Source: Defluviitaleaceae bacterium (lineage in GTDB: Bacteria; Bacillota; Clostridia; Lachnospirales; WQUN01). From it: a DNA stretch of 64,000 bases. Location of the stretch: the NCBI GenBank assembly GCA_009786925.1, contig WRGY01000125.1:21810-85809 (forward strand). Reading direction: 5' to 3'. Numbering within the stretch: position 1 is the first letter of the stretch; the number at the start of each line of letters is the position of its first letter. The position numbers were made by a program, and so were the translations under genes. Below the pieces are notes generated by a model. The model saw only the letters and a list, made by a program, of their open reading frames with translations. It was not told where the DNA came from and searched no databases. Below, one piece after another: positions 38,509 to 48,654 of the stretch.

Positions 38509-40727
38509 TTTCACCACAACAAATTGAGGAGCAAAAAATTTACACCCAAATGGGAATGACAGAGCAGGAATACGACAGGGCAAAGGTGATTATGGGACGA
38601 CAGCCAAACTATACAGAGGTTGGACTGTTTTCTGCCATGTGGAGCGAGCATTGCTCTTACAAAAATTCTAAACCTGTATTGCGCAAGTTTCCGACAGAAG
38701 GCGAGCATGTCTTGCAAGGTCCGGGCGAAGGTGCGGGTGTTGTGGATATAGGAGATGGGCTTGCGGCAGTCTTTAAAATAGAATCACATAACCACCCATC
38801 GGCGGTAGAACCCTATGCGGGTGCTGCTACAGGTGTCGGTGGGATTTTGCGCGATGTGTTTAGCATGGGAGCCATACCGGTGGCCGCGCTTAACTCATTG
38901 CGCTTTGGTGAGATGGACAACGATAGGACAAAATTTCTTTTTAAGGAAGTTGTGCGTGGTATTGCTGACTATGGCAATGGCGTAAAAGTGCCTACCATCG
39001 GCGGCGAAGTTTGTTTCGACCCTTGCTATGCGGGCAACCCGCTTGTTAATGCAATGGTAGTGGGCATTGTCAAACATGGCGGTATAAAAAAAGGTGTTGC
39101 CAAAGGTGTGGGCAATCCGGTCCTATACGTAGGCGGAGCTACGGGGCGTGACGGTGTGCAGGGAGCCTCTTTTGCAAGCACGGAGCTTTCGGAAGAATCA
39201 AAAAAAATAAGCTCATCCGTACCCGAGGGTAATCCCGCTTTAGAAAAAAAGCTTATCGACTCATTCCTTGCAATAATGGACAATCGTAATCTGGTGGGTG
39301 TACAGGATATGGGTGCGGCGGGATTGATTTCGTCCTCTTGCGAAATGGCATCAAAGGGCGGCACGGGCATGGAGCTAAACCTAGACAATGTGCCACAGCG
39401 TGAAGAAAACATGACAGCCTATGAGATGATGCTGTCAGAATCCCAAGAGCGTATGCTCATGGTAGTAAAAGAAGGCACTGAACAAGAGTTTATCACCCAT
39501 TTTGCAGGATATGGCTTGACCGCAGTAGTCATCGGCAAGGTGACAGATGACGGTCTTATGAAAATATATCACGAGGGTAAACTGGAGGCGGAGGTTAGGG
39601 CAGATGCGCTTGCAGAATCCGCGCCGGAATATAGAAAACCATCAAGAGAAGCGGCCTACTACAGTGAGCTAAAGGCTCGTGATGCAGAAATCAACGTCAC
39701 AGACTTTAACCAAACCCTGTTAAACCTACTCGGTCAACCCACAATTGCAAGCAAACGATGGGTGTACAAGCAGTTTGATACGGACAAAAACACTGCCGTA
39801 CCTGCGGGGTCTGACGCAGGGGTTGTTTTGGTGGAAGGCACAAACAAAGCACTCGCGGCCACCACCGATTGCAATGGGCGTTATGTATACCTTGACCCCC
39901 AAATCGGCGGAAAAATAGCCGTTGCAGAAGCCGCACGTAATATAGTGGCGAGTGGTGCAAGACCCCTCGCAGTTACAGACAATCTAAATTTTGGCTCACC
40001 CGAAAATCCCGAAATATTTTGGCAGTTGCAAAAAGCCGCAGACGGTATTTCGGAGGCGTGTCTGACATTTGGTACACCTGTCATCGGAGGCAATGTTTCT
40101 CTTTACAATGAGCATGGTGGCACGGCGATTTATCCTACGCCGGTGATTGGTATGGTCGGGCTTGTGGAGGATGTAAAGCATATTACGACACAGTATTTTA
40201 AAAACGCAGGGGATTTTATATATCTTCTTGGCGATACAAAGCCTGAGTTTGGTGGCAGTGAGCTGCAAAAACTCACTTATGACGAAATTTTTGGTGAGCC
40301 ACCCTTGATTAACCTTCAAAAAGAACGTGACATACAGAGTCTCGTGCTTGCCGCTATTCAAAAGGGACTAATAGCGTCGGCACATGATATATCTGAAGGC
40401 GGTTTTGCTGTTGCAATAGCAGAATGCCTAATGCCGAGTGATAATGATTATTCGCTCGGGGCTGATGTTTTTGCCGATGTTTTCACCGCAGGAGAAAATG
40501 TTACGCCCACGGCATTCCTGTTTTCAGAAACACAGTCGCGTTTTATTGTCAGCGTTTCTCCAAAGGATAAAGATGTGTTCGAAGAGTTGGCAGGTGGGAT
40601 TAGCCCCATAGGCAGTGTAACAAGCGACGGAAATCTCGATATAGAGCTAAACGAAGAAAAGGCTGTCAGTATTCCCGTTAAAATATTGCAAGATATTTGG
40701 GGAGGGGCAATAGAGTGTCTTCTATAA
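38505..40727 (+). CDS. purL: Phosphoribosylformylglycinamidine synthase subunit PurL (small type)
   Basis: 740 aa with [24 protein letters not shown] and GGILRD. Confidence 0.95.
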   Translation: MISPQQIEEQKIYTQMGMTEQEYDRAKVIMGRQPNYTEVGLFSAMWSEHCSYKNSKPVLRKFPTEGEHVLQGPGEGAGVVDIGDGLAAVFKIESHNHPSAVEPYAGAATGVGGILRDVFSMGAIPVAALNSLRFGEMDNDRTKFLFKEVVRGIADYGNGVKVPTIGGEVCFDPCYAGNPLVNAMVVGIVKHGGIKKGVAKGVGNPVLYVGGATGRDGVQGASFASTELSEESKKISSSVPEGNPALEKKLIDSFLAIMDNRNLVGVQDMGAAGLISSSCEMASKGGTGMELNLDNVPQREENMTAYEMMLSESQERMLMVVKEGTEQEFITHFAGYGLTAVVIGKVTDDGLMKIYHEGKLEAEVRADALAESAPEYRKPSREAAYYSELKARDAEINVTDFNQTLLNLLGQPTIASKRWVYKQFDTDKNTAVPAGSDAGVVLVEGTNKALAATTDCNGRYVYLDPQIGGKIAVAEAARNIVASGARPLAVTDNLNFGSPENPEIFWQLQKAADGISEACLTFGTPVIGGNVSLYNEHGGTAIYPTPVIGMVGLVEDVKHITTQYFKNAGDFIYLLGDTKPEFGGSELQKLTYDEIFGEPPLINLQKERDIQSLVLAAIQKGLIASAHDISEGGFAVAIAECLMPSDNDYSLGADVFADVFTAGENVTPTAFLFSETQSRFIVSVSPKDKDVFEELAGGISPIGSVTSDGNLDIELNEEKAVSIPVKILQDIWGGAIECLL

Positions 40728-42103
40728 AGCATGAATGCGGACTTTTTGGCATTTGGAAAAATAAAGACGCGGCGTTGTTTACCTATTATGGCCTGCATAG
40801 CTTACAGCATCGTGGTCAAGATGCAGCAGGCATAGTTGTAAAAAATGGTGACAAGCTCACCCGCACACGAGGAACGGGTCTGCTTACCGAAGTGTTTAAC
40901 AGAGATATGTTTAGTGATATGGTCGGGGATTCGGCCATTGGGCATGTGCTGTATGCCACAGGTAAGATGACAAGCAACACCAGTGTGCAACCCCTACTCT
41001 TCCATACACAGCGGACTAACTTGAGCCTTGCGGTTTGTCATAATGGGGCTTTTGTTAACTCTGCAAGTTTGCGTAACAAACTGGAAGATTTGGGTAGTAT
41101 TTTTCATACTACATGTAATTCCGAAATCCTTGCGCATCTTACAAAGCGTGCGGGTCAGGATGGTTTTAATCAAAATCTAAAATATGCACTTGCACAGATG
41201 TATGGTGGATTTGCCTTTCTTTTGATGACGCAGTGGGGTATGTTTGCCGCACGCGACCCGCATGGTATCCGCCCGCTTGTCATCGGCAAGATAGGAGAAT
41301 CATACATCATCGCGAGCGAGACTTGTGCATTAGAAAATGTAGGCGCGTCGTATGTACGTGATGTGGAACCCGGTGAAATGGTGATGGTGGACAACAATGG
41401 TTTGGCATCGGACTTTTTTACAGAGGAGCGAGGGCAACGTATCTGCGGCATGGAATATATCTACATTGCGCGCCCTGATTCTAATATCGAGGGAGTGAAC
41501 GTGCATACGTCACGCAAAAACGCGGGACGTATACTTGCGGCAGAGTCACCCACCCATGCAGATGTAGTAATCGCATCACCTGATACGGGGATTTCTGCGG
41601 CGATTGGCTATGCTGAGGCAATGGGGATTCCATATGAGATTGGACTAATCAAAAATAGATATATAGGTCGTACATTTATTGCGCCTGCACAAAATCTACG
41701 TGAGCAGGGTGTTAAAATGAAACTCTCCGCCGTGCGTTCTATAGTGGAGGGCAAGTCCGTTGTGCTTGTGGATGACTCCATTGTGCGCGGTACCACCATG
41801 CGTCATGTCGTTGAGTTGTTAAAAGACACGGGCGCGAGGGAAGTACACATGAAAATCGCATCGCCGTTATACAAATATCCATGTTACTACGGCATAGACA
41901 CACCTTCACCAAAGGAGCTGGTTGCACATAAGCGTACGGTGGAAGAAATCACGGAGTTGCTCCGTGTAGACTCATTGACATTCATCAGTGCTACAGGGCT
42001 TTCCAAGGCCGTAGGGCGTGGGCTTTGTTTGGCTTGCTTTAATGGTGATTACCCCACACATTTACAAGATTTTGCAGGAGAAGTTGTCGGAGGAGGACAT
42101 TAA
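40715..42103 (+). CDS. purF: Amidophosphoribosyltransferase
   Basis: GTG 40715 lies 8 nt after GGGGAGGGG. The N-terminal nucleophile context is HECGLFGIW, and the PRPP loop is [12 protein letters not shown]. Confidence 0.93.
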   Translation: MSSIKHECGLFGIWKNKDAALFTYYGLHSLQHRGQDAAGIVVKNGDKLTRTRGTGLLTEVFNRDMFSDMVGDSAIGHVLYATGKMTSNTSVQPLLFHTQRTNLSLAVCHNGAFVNSASLRNKLEDLGSIFHTTCNSEILAHLTKRAGQDGFNQNLKYALAQMYGGFAFLLMTQWGMFAARDPHGIRPLVIGKIGESYIIASETCALENVGASYVRDVEPGEMVMVDNNGLASDFFTEERGQRICGMEYIYIARPDSNIEGVNVHTSRKNAGRILAAESPTHADVVIASPDTGISAAIGYAEAMGIPYEIGLIKNRYIGRTFIAPAQNLREQGVKMKLSAVRSIVEGKSVVLVDDSIVRGTTMRHVVELLKDTGAREVHMKIASPLYKYPCYYGIDTPSPKELVAHKRTVEEITELLRVDSLTFISATGLSKAVGRGLCLACFNGDYPTHLQDFAGEVVGGGH

Positions 42104-42105
42104 TC

Positions 42106-43137
42106 ATGGCAGATAGTTACAAAAACGCTGGTGTGGATATACATGCAGGCTACGAGGCTGTATCGCGCATAAAAAAACATGTGGAACGTACAAAAACCCC
42201 GGGGGTATTGGGTGGACTGGGCGGTTTTGGAGGGTTGTTTGACCTCGCCGCCGCTGGCAAATACGACGAGCCTGTACTGGTAAGCGGGACTGACGGAGTA
42301 GGTACAAAACTTGTACTTGCATTCGAGATGAATAAACATGACACCATAGGTATAGACGCAGTTGCAATGTGTGTAAACGACATAATCACCGTGGGTGCAA
42401 AGCCTCTTTTTTTTCTTGACTATATAGCATGTGGAAAAGTAATCCCACATGTGATGGAAGAAATCGTAGCAGGGATTAGTGAGGGCTGTGTACAATCAGG
42501 TTGCGCCCTCATCGGTGGTGAGATGGCAGAGCATCGCGGCTTGATGCCCGATGAAGAATATGACATAGCGGGTTTTTGTGTGGGTATTGTAGAAAAAAAG
42601 AAAATGCTCTCGGGCAAAAGCATAAAAGAGGGTGACATCCTCATAGGGCTTGCGTCGTCGGGTGTGCATTCCAATGGATTTTCGCTCATACGCAAGATAA
42701 TCAAGGACAACAAACTTGACCTAAACTGTAAGTCTGATGGCTTTGGCAAAAGCTTGGGGGACGAGTTGCTATGTCCCACGCGGCTATATGTAAAATCTAT
42801 CGGCAAGTTATGCGAAAGTTCAACCCTCCGTCCGCTCGGTATGGCAAATATCACAGGCGGCGGCTTTATAGAAAACATACCGCGCATCCTACCCGATGGG
42901 CTTTGTGCAGAAATTACTCGCGGCTCATGGGTTATCCCGCCGATTTTCTCATATCTTCAAAAACACGGCAAAATTTCTGAAAATGAAATGTACAATATTT
43001 TCAACATGGGTATAGGAATGGTTGTTGCGACTTCTCCCGACGAAGCCGAGTCTATCTTGCGTTTGCTGACCGAAAACGGCGAAACAGCAACCATCATCGG
43101 CCGTGTTAAAAAGGGCGAAGGTGTGAGCCTTATATGA
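42106..43137 (+). CDS. purM: Phosphoribosylformylglycinamidine cyclo-ligase
   Basis: 343 aa with SYKNAGVDI, DGVGTKL and NITGGG. Confidence 0.95.
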   Translation: MADSYKNAGVDIHAGYEAVSRIKKHVERTKTPGVLGGLGGFGGLFDLAAAGKYDEPVLVSGTDGVGTKLVLAFEMNKHDTIGIDAVAMCVNDIITVGAKPLFFLDYIACGKVIPHVMEEIVAGISEGCVQSGCALIGGEMAEHRGLMPDEEYDIAGFCVGIVEKKKMLSGKSIKEGDILIGLASSGVHSNGFSLIRKIIKDNKLDLNCKSDGFGKSLGDELLCPTRLYVKSIGKLCESSTLRPLGMANITGGGFIENIPRILPDGLCAEITRGSWVIPPIFSYLQKHGKISENEMYNIFNMGIGMVVATSPDEAESILRLLTENGETATIIGRVKKGEGVSLI

Positions 43138-43715
43138 ATACCGACAAAAAAAATATAGCGGTATTTGCATCGCATGGCGGGTCGGATTTGCAAGCTATAA
43201 TCGACGGCTGCAAAGCGGGCAAAATCAATGCCCGCGTCTGTGTCGTAATCAGCAATAATAGCGGTTCACGCGCCTTGCAACGCGCTCGCGACGAAAACAT
43301 ACCTTCACTGCATATCAGCGAAAAGACCCATCCAAATGGTTTGGATGAAGCCATTTTTAAGATATTGGTACAATATCAAACCGATGTTGTTTTTTTGGCG
43401 GGATATATGAAAAAAGTCCCGCTTAATGTGCTTTCTGCCTATCGAAATAGGATTTTTAACATACATCCCGCCCTCCTGCCAAAACACGGGGGCAAGGGCA
43501 TGTTTGGCATAAATGTTCATAAGGCCGTACTGGAAGCGGGCGACAATGAAACAGGTATTACCATCCATCGCGTAACCCAGGACTACGACGCGGGCGACAT
43601 CTTAGAACAACGCAAAGTAGAGGTGCGCGAAGGCGACACCCCTGAAACCTTGGCCGCCAGAGTACTGGAACAGGAGCATATTTTTATAGTAGAATTTCTG
43701 GCAAAAATATTATGA
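43134..43715 (+). CDS. purN: Phosphoribosylglycinamide formyltransferase
   Basis: 193 aa with IAVFASHGGSDLQAIID, NIHPALLP and the TIH..D catalytic region. It has an ATGA overlap with purM. Confidence 0.9.
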   Translation: MNTDKKNIAVFASHGGSDLQAIIDGCKAGKINARVCVVISNNSGSRALQRARDENIPSLHISEKTHPNGLDEAIFKILVQYQTDVVFLAGYMKKVPLNVLSAYRNRIFNIHPALLPKHGGKGMFGINVHKAVLEAGDNETGITIHRVTQDYDAGDILEQRKVEVREGDTPETLAARVLEQEHIFIVEFLAKIL

Positions 43716-43721
43716 GGCCTA

Positions 43722-43745
43722 GGGCTTGTTGCTACTACCGCCAAC
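43722..43745 (+). repeat. Dispersed repeat family S, copy S3 (GGGCTTGTTGCTACTACCGCCAAC)
   Basis: It lies 7 nt after the purN stop and aligns with S1 and S2 with few mismatches. Confidence 0.6.
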
Positions 43746-43848
43746 CTCATCAGTTAAACCTTTATCCAAAACGACAACGCAGTTTTTGCAGAAGAGCTAT
43801 TTTCACTGGTGGAGCAATGTTTGTTGCGTAAACTTGCTTTAATCACGA

Positions 43849-43998
43849 ATGCTTGCACATTCGGAATCAAAAATCATAGATGTCGCAACCTCCGTTGGAT
43901 TTGAAAACGTTAATTATTTCACATACGTATTTAAAAAAGAAACAGGTTTAACGCCAAGCGAGTATAGGGCTGATGCTAAGGCAGGAGCTGTTGTATAA
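43849..43998 (+). pseudogene. AraC-family HTH remnant (last helix-turn-helix only)
   Basis: The 49-codon ORF reads ..KIIDVATSVGFENVNYFTYVFKKETGLTPSEYRADAKAGAVV*. This is the canonical second HTH of AraC/XylS regulators. No upstream domain is present. Confidence 0.55.
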
Positions 43999-44082
43999 AT
44001 GGACAGGGTTTGATATTATGAATTTAATAGTGCTAATGTAAATTTATTAAAGCACAATAATAAACCTGAAGGGGGATTTAAA

Positions 44083-47000
44083 ATGAAATTGCTTCAAAAA
44101 CGCACTCTGGCATGGGTGATTGCTGTACTTATGGTTATTGCCATAATGCCAACGAGTGTGTCTTTTGCGGAAGAGCCGGAGTATGTACCTGAGTACGAAA
44201 CGGAGTATGTTCCGGAGTGTTTACCTGAGTACGAAACAGAAGACATTGCATACGAATACTATGAACACTATGAGGACAACTATTTTCCCATAGCAGCGTT
44301 TTCTGCAAACTTACCTGCTACTGCGGCAACGGTCAATTTGACCGGCATACCCACGGAGCAAATACTCTTTAACACAGCCACAGGAGGCATTGCCACCATT
44401 GCAGTTAGCAGCATGGTTACAGCTTCTTCTGCGGCAGGTGGCTCTCTCATGGCCGCATACGGTTTTAACCATAATGACGGTGTAGTTTTTACATTGACAG
44501 TACCTGCCGCCGCACAAGCGGGGGACTATCTCATGGTTGCGGGACGCAGACATGCCGCAGGCAGTGACGGCAACATTTCTTTTGGTGACGTACAAATCGG
44601 CCAAGGCGGCGCAAGTGGAGCAGGACAGTTTAACTTTACGGGCAACTGGGCTGTTACCATACCAAATGTATCTCCAGGTCAAACCATCACACTTACCGTC
44701 AACTCATGGTTTGCAGGTCCGGCAGCGGAAAGACTAAACGCCGCAGGTTTTACTATCTCCATCGACCAAGTGGTCATCCGTGCAAACGTTGACCCATATG
44801 CCGGTCAGCGTACTGCACTGCAAACCGCAATCACTACAGCACAGCGTATTGTGCGTCAGGCATATACATCCGAGACTTGGACAGCTTTTAATAACGCACT
44901 CACGGCCGCTGTTGCGGGTGTAGGCAATACAGCAACAGGTGCAGGCTTGGCAATGGACGGATTGCGTACTACTCTTGCAACTGCGCAGGGGAATTTGACA
45001 CGCACCACCGCAAGTCCATCATGGAATGCTGTAAATGCTTCTGATTTAATATCAAGCAGACATTCAACATTTACGGTAGTAGGTAACGGCATCCATATAA
45101 CAGGACGCGGTGTAGGGCCAAATGACCATAACAACGGAATGTGGCTCAATATCAACGCAATGCGTCAAGCCTATGCGGCCGGAGGTGGCACTGCAAATGC
45201 TCAGATTGTCATCACAGGCTATATGGCACAGGTGGGCGGCATCGCTACACAGGGGCTTGCACCTTCAAATATAAATGCTAACGTATCTGCCGCACATGGT
45301 GCATTTACGCTTACCATACCTTCTGCTACGAGTGCGGCGGTATGGGCACCCGGTACTTGGTGGGGAACCGCCGACAACCCCTTCCCTGTGTTGGCGACGG
45401 CGGGCGGCGTACACGCCGAAATTCTTGTCACAGGCATACAAGTTGGAACATTACAAATCGCCGACCTGCTTTCACCACCAACAACAGATGTACGCACCAC
45501 AAACTTCAGGAGTAGGCTAAACGGTTGGGATGTAGAACTTTGGACACAGTATCCCGGCGGCGTAGAAATGACAATCCATCCGAGTGGCGCGTTTACCGGC
45601 ACATGGGATGGCACGTTTAATACACTTTTCCGTTCGGGCAGAGGTTTCCCCGGGCGTGGTACGCGCATTGCCGATATCGGTGACATCTTGATGCGTTATG
45701 ATGTTCCCTATTTTTCTTCCACTCGCGGACCCACATATCTCGGTATATATGGTTGGGCCAGGACTGCCACAGCGGGAGATACCATCGTCGAGTGGTATAT
45801 CATAGACAATTGGCGTGAGTGGATAGTGGGCGGAGGGAATCCTCCTGCTACCATCACGGGCAACTACACAAACCACGGTAACGTAACAATAGATGGCCAT
45901 ATATACGACATCGCTACCGCATGGAGGGTGGAGCAACCCTCTATAGAAGGTACGACGACATTCTTGCAAATTTTCAGCGTAAGGCGCGGTAGCCGCCAAA
46001 CCATAAACACAGGCCCGTTTAGTGGTACGATAAATGTATCTGCGCATTTCGAGGCATGGGACGAAATCATAGGATTGCAAACCCATGCAGGTTCCGGCAG
46101 GACAGTTCATTTTACACGAGACATGTTGCTCACAGAGGTGTCTTTCTTAGTAGAAGGCTTTGGTGGTAATACGGGTAGCGCGGGTCGTGGTCAAGTAGCA
46201 AATCTATGTCTTGCATATGGTTCCGACTATATCTGTACATGGAATGGCTGTGTAAACTGTGACGACTTAACAAGCCCGGGACCGGGTACGCCGGGTACAC
46301 CTAACGAAAATATTGTATGGGAATTGGATATTACCCCCGCTTTGGCAGAAGGCCTAAATACGGGCGAAGCGGCGATAGGTGGTGTGCAGCGTGCGGCACC
46401 TACGCCTATTGGAGCCTTTGGGTTTGACTACGTTGCGGGTGCATTGGTAGTTAGGGGTCGTACCGAAAACTGGCATTCTTTAGACATTTTGCTTGGGGAT
46501 AAAGGGCTTTCGACCGGTGGTGAATATCGTATCACGGCAGTAGGTGTTGGTACCGGTACCACTCAATTGCAATTCTCTTGGCCACTGGATGGTACACCTT
46601 GGGAAATAGGAAATGTTAATGGGAGCGGCGGCACTGTTTCTCAAACATTTACCTCGACTATGCCGTCAGCACCAAATGGGGTAACTGTAACACCTCCAAG
46701 AATCAGATTGCGCACAAACGGTGGTACAGGCAACTTTACAATCACAAGCATAGTGATAGAGCGTGTCGGAGAAGCACCACCACCACCGCCACCACCGCCA
46801 CCATACTGTGACTACAACTCCTATGATTTTCAATCATGGCTATCTAACCATGGCGAGGGTCTGCTGGGAGGAGAAAGAAATAGTGGCTCGTGGCCTTTCT
46901 GGAACACAGGCAACCAAGACATAATAGTAGAAAATATCGACGGCAGCTGGCAAATGGCTGTACCCGGTTCAGGTACAGGCGGTGCTACAGGATATGGCAC

Positions 47001-48513
47001 ACATGGTGTACTCCTACGCCTTACAGGCCCAAACAGCTTAAACATTCGGGCAGGCTATCGCATAGAAGCAGTCGGATATATCCGAGGTGAGATGACCGCC
47101 ACTATTGCACCTCCGGGTGTAGCATTCCGTCCGGGGCATGAGGGAGGTTCGCCAGGGTCAAACTTGGTGCATGTTCCTATATCCACAGGAGTACCCGACC
47201 AACCCTTTACGATTTCATATGTGGTAAGGCATGAGGACTTTATCGAAAATGCCGCACACTGGAGCGAACATCCCGCATTGCAAATCGTAAGGCAACCGAG
47301 CCAGTTCGGTTTGTTTATGGTAATCCAAGATTTAAAGATTTTCCCCATTTGTGACTGTGCAGATGTACAGCCGACAGGCATAACGATTGCTCCCGCAGGC
47401 AACTTTAGCTTAGAAACAGGGGAAACACGGTCACTGACCGCTACAGTTATACCGGCAGATGCCAACCAAGCAGTGGTGTGGGAATCAAGCAATACAAGTG
47501 TTGCAACAATAAGTGTGACATCCGCAGGGGCGACAGTTACTGCCGTCGCTGCCGGTACTGCAACCATCACCGCAAGGAGCGCGCAAGCAAATACAGTCAC
47601 ATCCTCTGTAGACGTAACGGTTACAGTTGCTAATGGTGGCACCGTTCCCAGACCACCCGCAGGTGGTGGTGGTGGAGCGATTGTCAGGCCGTCACAGCCT
47701 TCCACACAGCAACCACCGGGTCAACAGCCACCGATTCAACAACCTCCGGGTCAACAACCTCCGGGTCAACAACCTCCGACACAACCGCAACAAGCCCCGG
47801 CAGAAGTCATCGTATTAGACAATGCGACTGTCACTATTCCATCTAATGTAAGAGCCGATATCATCGCACAAGGTGACAATAATTTCCGTGTTAATGTAGC
47901 AGTCGAAGAATCAAACGTAGGTATAGCCTCTGTAGATGTTTCGATTGTTTCAGCCGACACACAAATCACAAGTCTTGTGTCATATATCGAAATAGCGGTT
48001 GTTCTCGACGATGTAGATGTCGCTAACACACACAGAATCATCGCCCTCGATGCAGATGGCACAATCATGGGAGGCAGTTACAATCCCGAAACGGGTGAGT
48101 TTGTGTTCGAGACAGCTGTGACAGGCGAGTTTACGATTGTATATGTAGAAAGCCTTGTCCGTGTAGTCGTTACAATGGGTTCCCCCATAATCTACGACTT
48201 AGCAGGCAACTCACCTACTGTCACGATGGACGTACTGCCCATCATACAAGAAGGCCGTACACTACTGCCTGTACGTTTTGTTGCAGAGGCATTGGGTGGA
48301 AGTGCAGACTGGGACGCGGTATCACAAGAAGTCTCCATCACCATAGGCGACACATCACTCTCCTTTGTACTTGGGCAGATAGTACCCGGCATGGATGTTC
48401 CGCCGCAAAGCATAGACGGTAGGACAATGGTTCCCGCACGCTTTATTGCAAACGCCTTTGGTGCGTTTGTTGGTTGGGACTCAGGGACACAGTCATTTGA
48501 GATAATCATATAA
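44083..48513 (+). CDS. Multidomain secreted GH11 endo-xylanase with FIVAR-like, Big_2 and copper amine oxidase N-like anchor domains
   Basis: It has a signal peptide. The GH11 core spans about nt 45514-46185, with the nucleophile context TIVEWYIIDNW (Glu codon 45790-45792) and the acid/base context FLVEGFGG (Glu codon 46153-46155). The Big_2 domain lies at about 47365-47580. The C-terminal segments are GRTLLPVRFVAEALGG...GRTMVPARFIANAFGA. Confidence 0.85.
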   Translation: MKLLQKRTLAWVIAVLMVIAIMPTSVSFAEEPEYVPEYETEYVPECLPEYETEDIAYEYYEHYEDNYFPIAAFSANLPATAATVNLTGIPTEQILFNTATGGIATIAVSSMVTASSAAGGSLMAAYGFNHNDGVVFTLTVPAAAQAGDYLMVAGRRHAAGSDGNISFGDVQIGQGGASGAGQFNFTGNWAVTIPNVSPGQTITLTVNSWFAGPAAERLNAAGFTISIDQVVIRANVDPYAGQRTALQTAITTAQRIVRQAYTSETWTAFNNALTAAVAGVGNTATGAGLAMDGLRTTLATAQGNLTRTTASPSWNAVNASDLISSRHSTFTVVGNGIHITGRGVGPNDHNNGMWLNINAMRQAYAAGGGTANAQIVITGYMAQVGGIATQGLAPSNINANVSAAHGAFTLTIPSATSAAVWAPGTWWGTADNPFPVLATAGGVHAEILVTGIQVGTLQIADLLSPPTTDVRTTNFRSRLNGWDVELWTQYPGGVEMTIHPSGAFTGTWDGTFNTLFRSGRGFPGRGTRIADIGDILMRYDVPYFSSTRGPTYLGIYGWARTATAGDTIVEWYIIDNWREWIVGGGNPPATITGNYTNHGNVTIDGHIYDIATAWRVEQPSIEGTTTFLQIFSVRRGSRQTINTGPFSGTINVSAHFEAWDEIIGLQTHAGSGRTVHFTRDMLLTEVSFLVEGFGGNTGSAGRGQVANLCLAYGSDYICTWNGCVNCDDLTSPGPGTPGTPNENIVWELDITPALAEGLNTGEAAIGGVQRAAPTPIGAFGFDYVAGALVVRGRTENWHSLDILLGDKGLSTGGEYRITAVGVGTGTTQLQFSWPLDGTPWEIGNVNGSGGTVSQTFTSTMPSAPNGVTVTPPRIRLRTNGGTGNFTITSIVIERVGEAPPPPPPPPPYCDYNSYDFQSWLSNHGEGLLGGERNSGSWPFWNTGNQDIIVENIDGSWQMAVPGSGTGGATGYGTHGVLLRLTGPNSLNIRAGYRIEAVGYIRGEMTATIAPPGVAFRPGHEGGSPGSNLVHVPISTGVPDQPFTISYVVRHEDFIENAAHWSEHPALQIVRQPSQFGLFMVIQDLKIFPICDCADVQPTGITIAPAGNFSLETGETRSLTATVIPADANQAVVWESSNTSVATISVTSAGATVTAVAAGTATITARSAQANTVTSSVDVTVTVANGGTVPRPPAGGGGGAIVRPSQPSTQQPPGQQPPIQQPPGQQPPGQQPPTQPQQAPAEVIVLDNATVTIPSNVRADIIAQGDNNFRVNVAVEESNVGIASVDVSIVSADTQITSLVSYIEIAVVLDDVDVANTHRIIALDADGTIMGGSYNPETGEFVFETAVTGEFTIVYVESLVRVVVTMGSPIIYDLAGNSPTVTMDVLPIIQEGRTLLPVRFVAEALGGSADWDAVSQEVSITIGDTSLSFVLGQIVPGMDVPPQSIDGRTMVPARFIANAFGAFVGWDSGTQSFEIII
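47707..47793 (+). repeat. In-frame 15-nt tandem repeat encoding a (QQPPG)n linker
   Basis: CAACAACCTCCGGGT-type units repeat about five times. A separate run of nine Pro codons lies at 46777-46803. Confidence 0.8.
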
Positions 48514-48654
48514 GTTTTAAAAGGGGCTCGCCTTGTGTGAGTCCTTTTTTTATTGATTTCGTTATATAACCGGAACAAATGACATAAAAGTGTCGTTTAC
48601 ATATGCGTTGACATATTCTAAAATAATGTCAAACTTTCTGTGGGGGGGTAACAT

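Noticed and set aside
46777-47793. Tandem short repeats (nine Pro codons and 15-nt QQPPG units) considered as a possible CRISPR or VNTR-type element.
   Set aside because: They are in frame inside a CDS and encode interdomain linkers. There is no spacer-repeat architecture.
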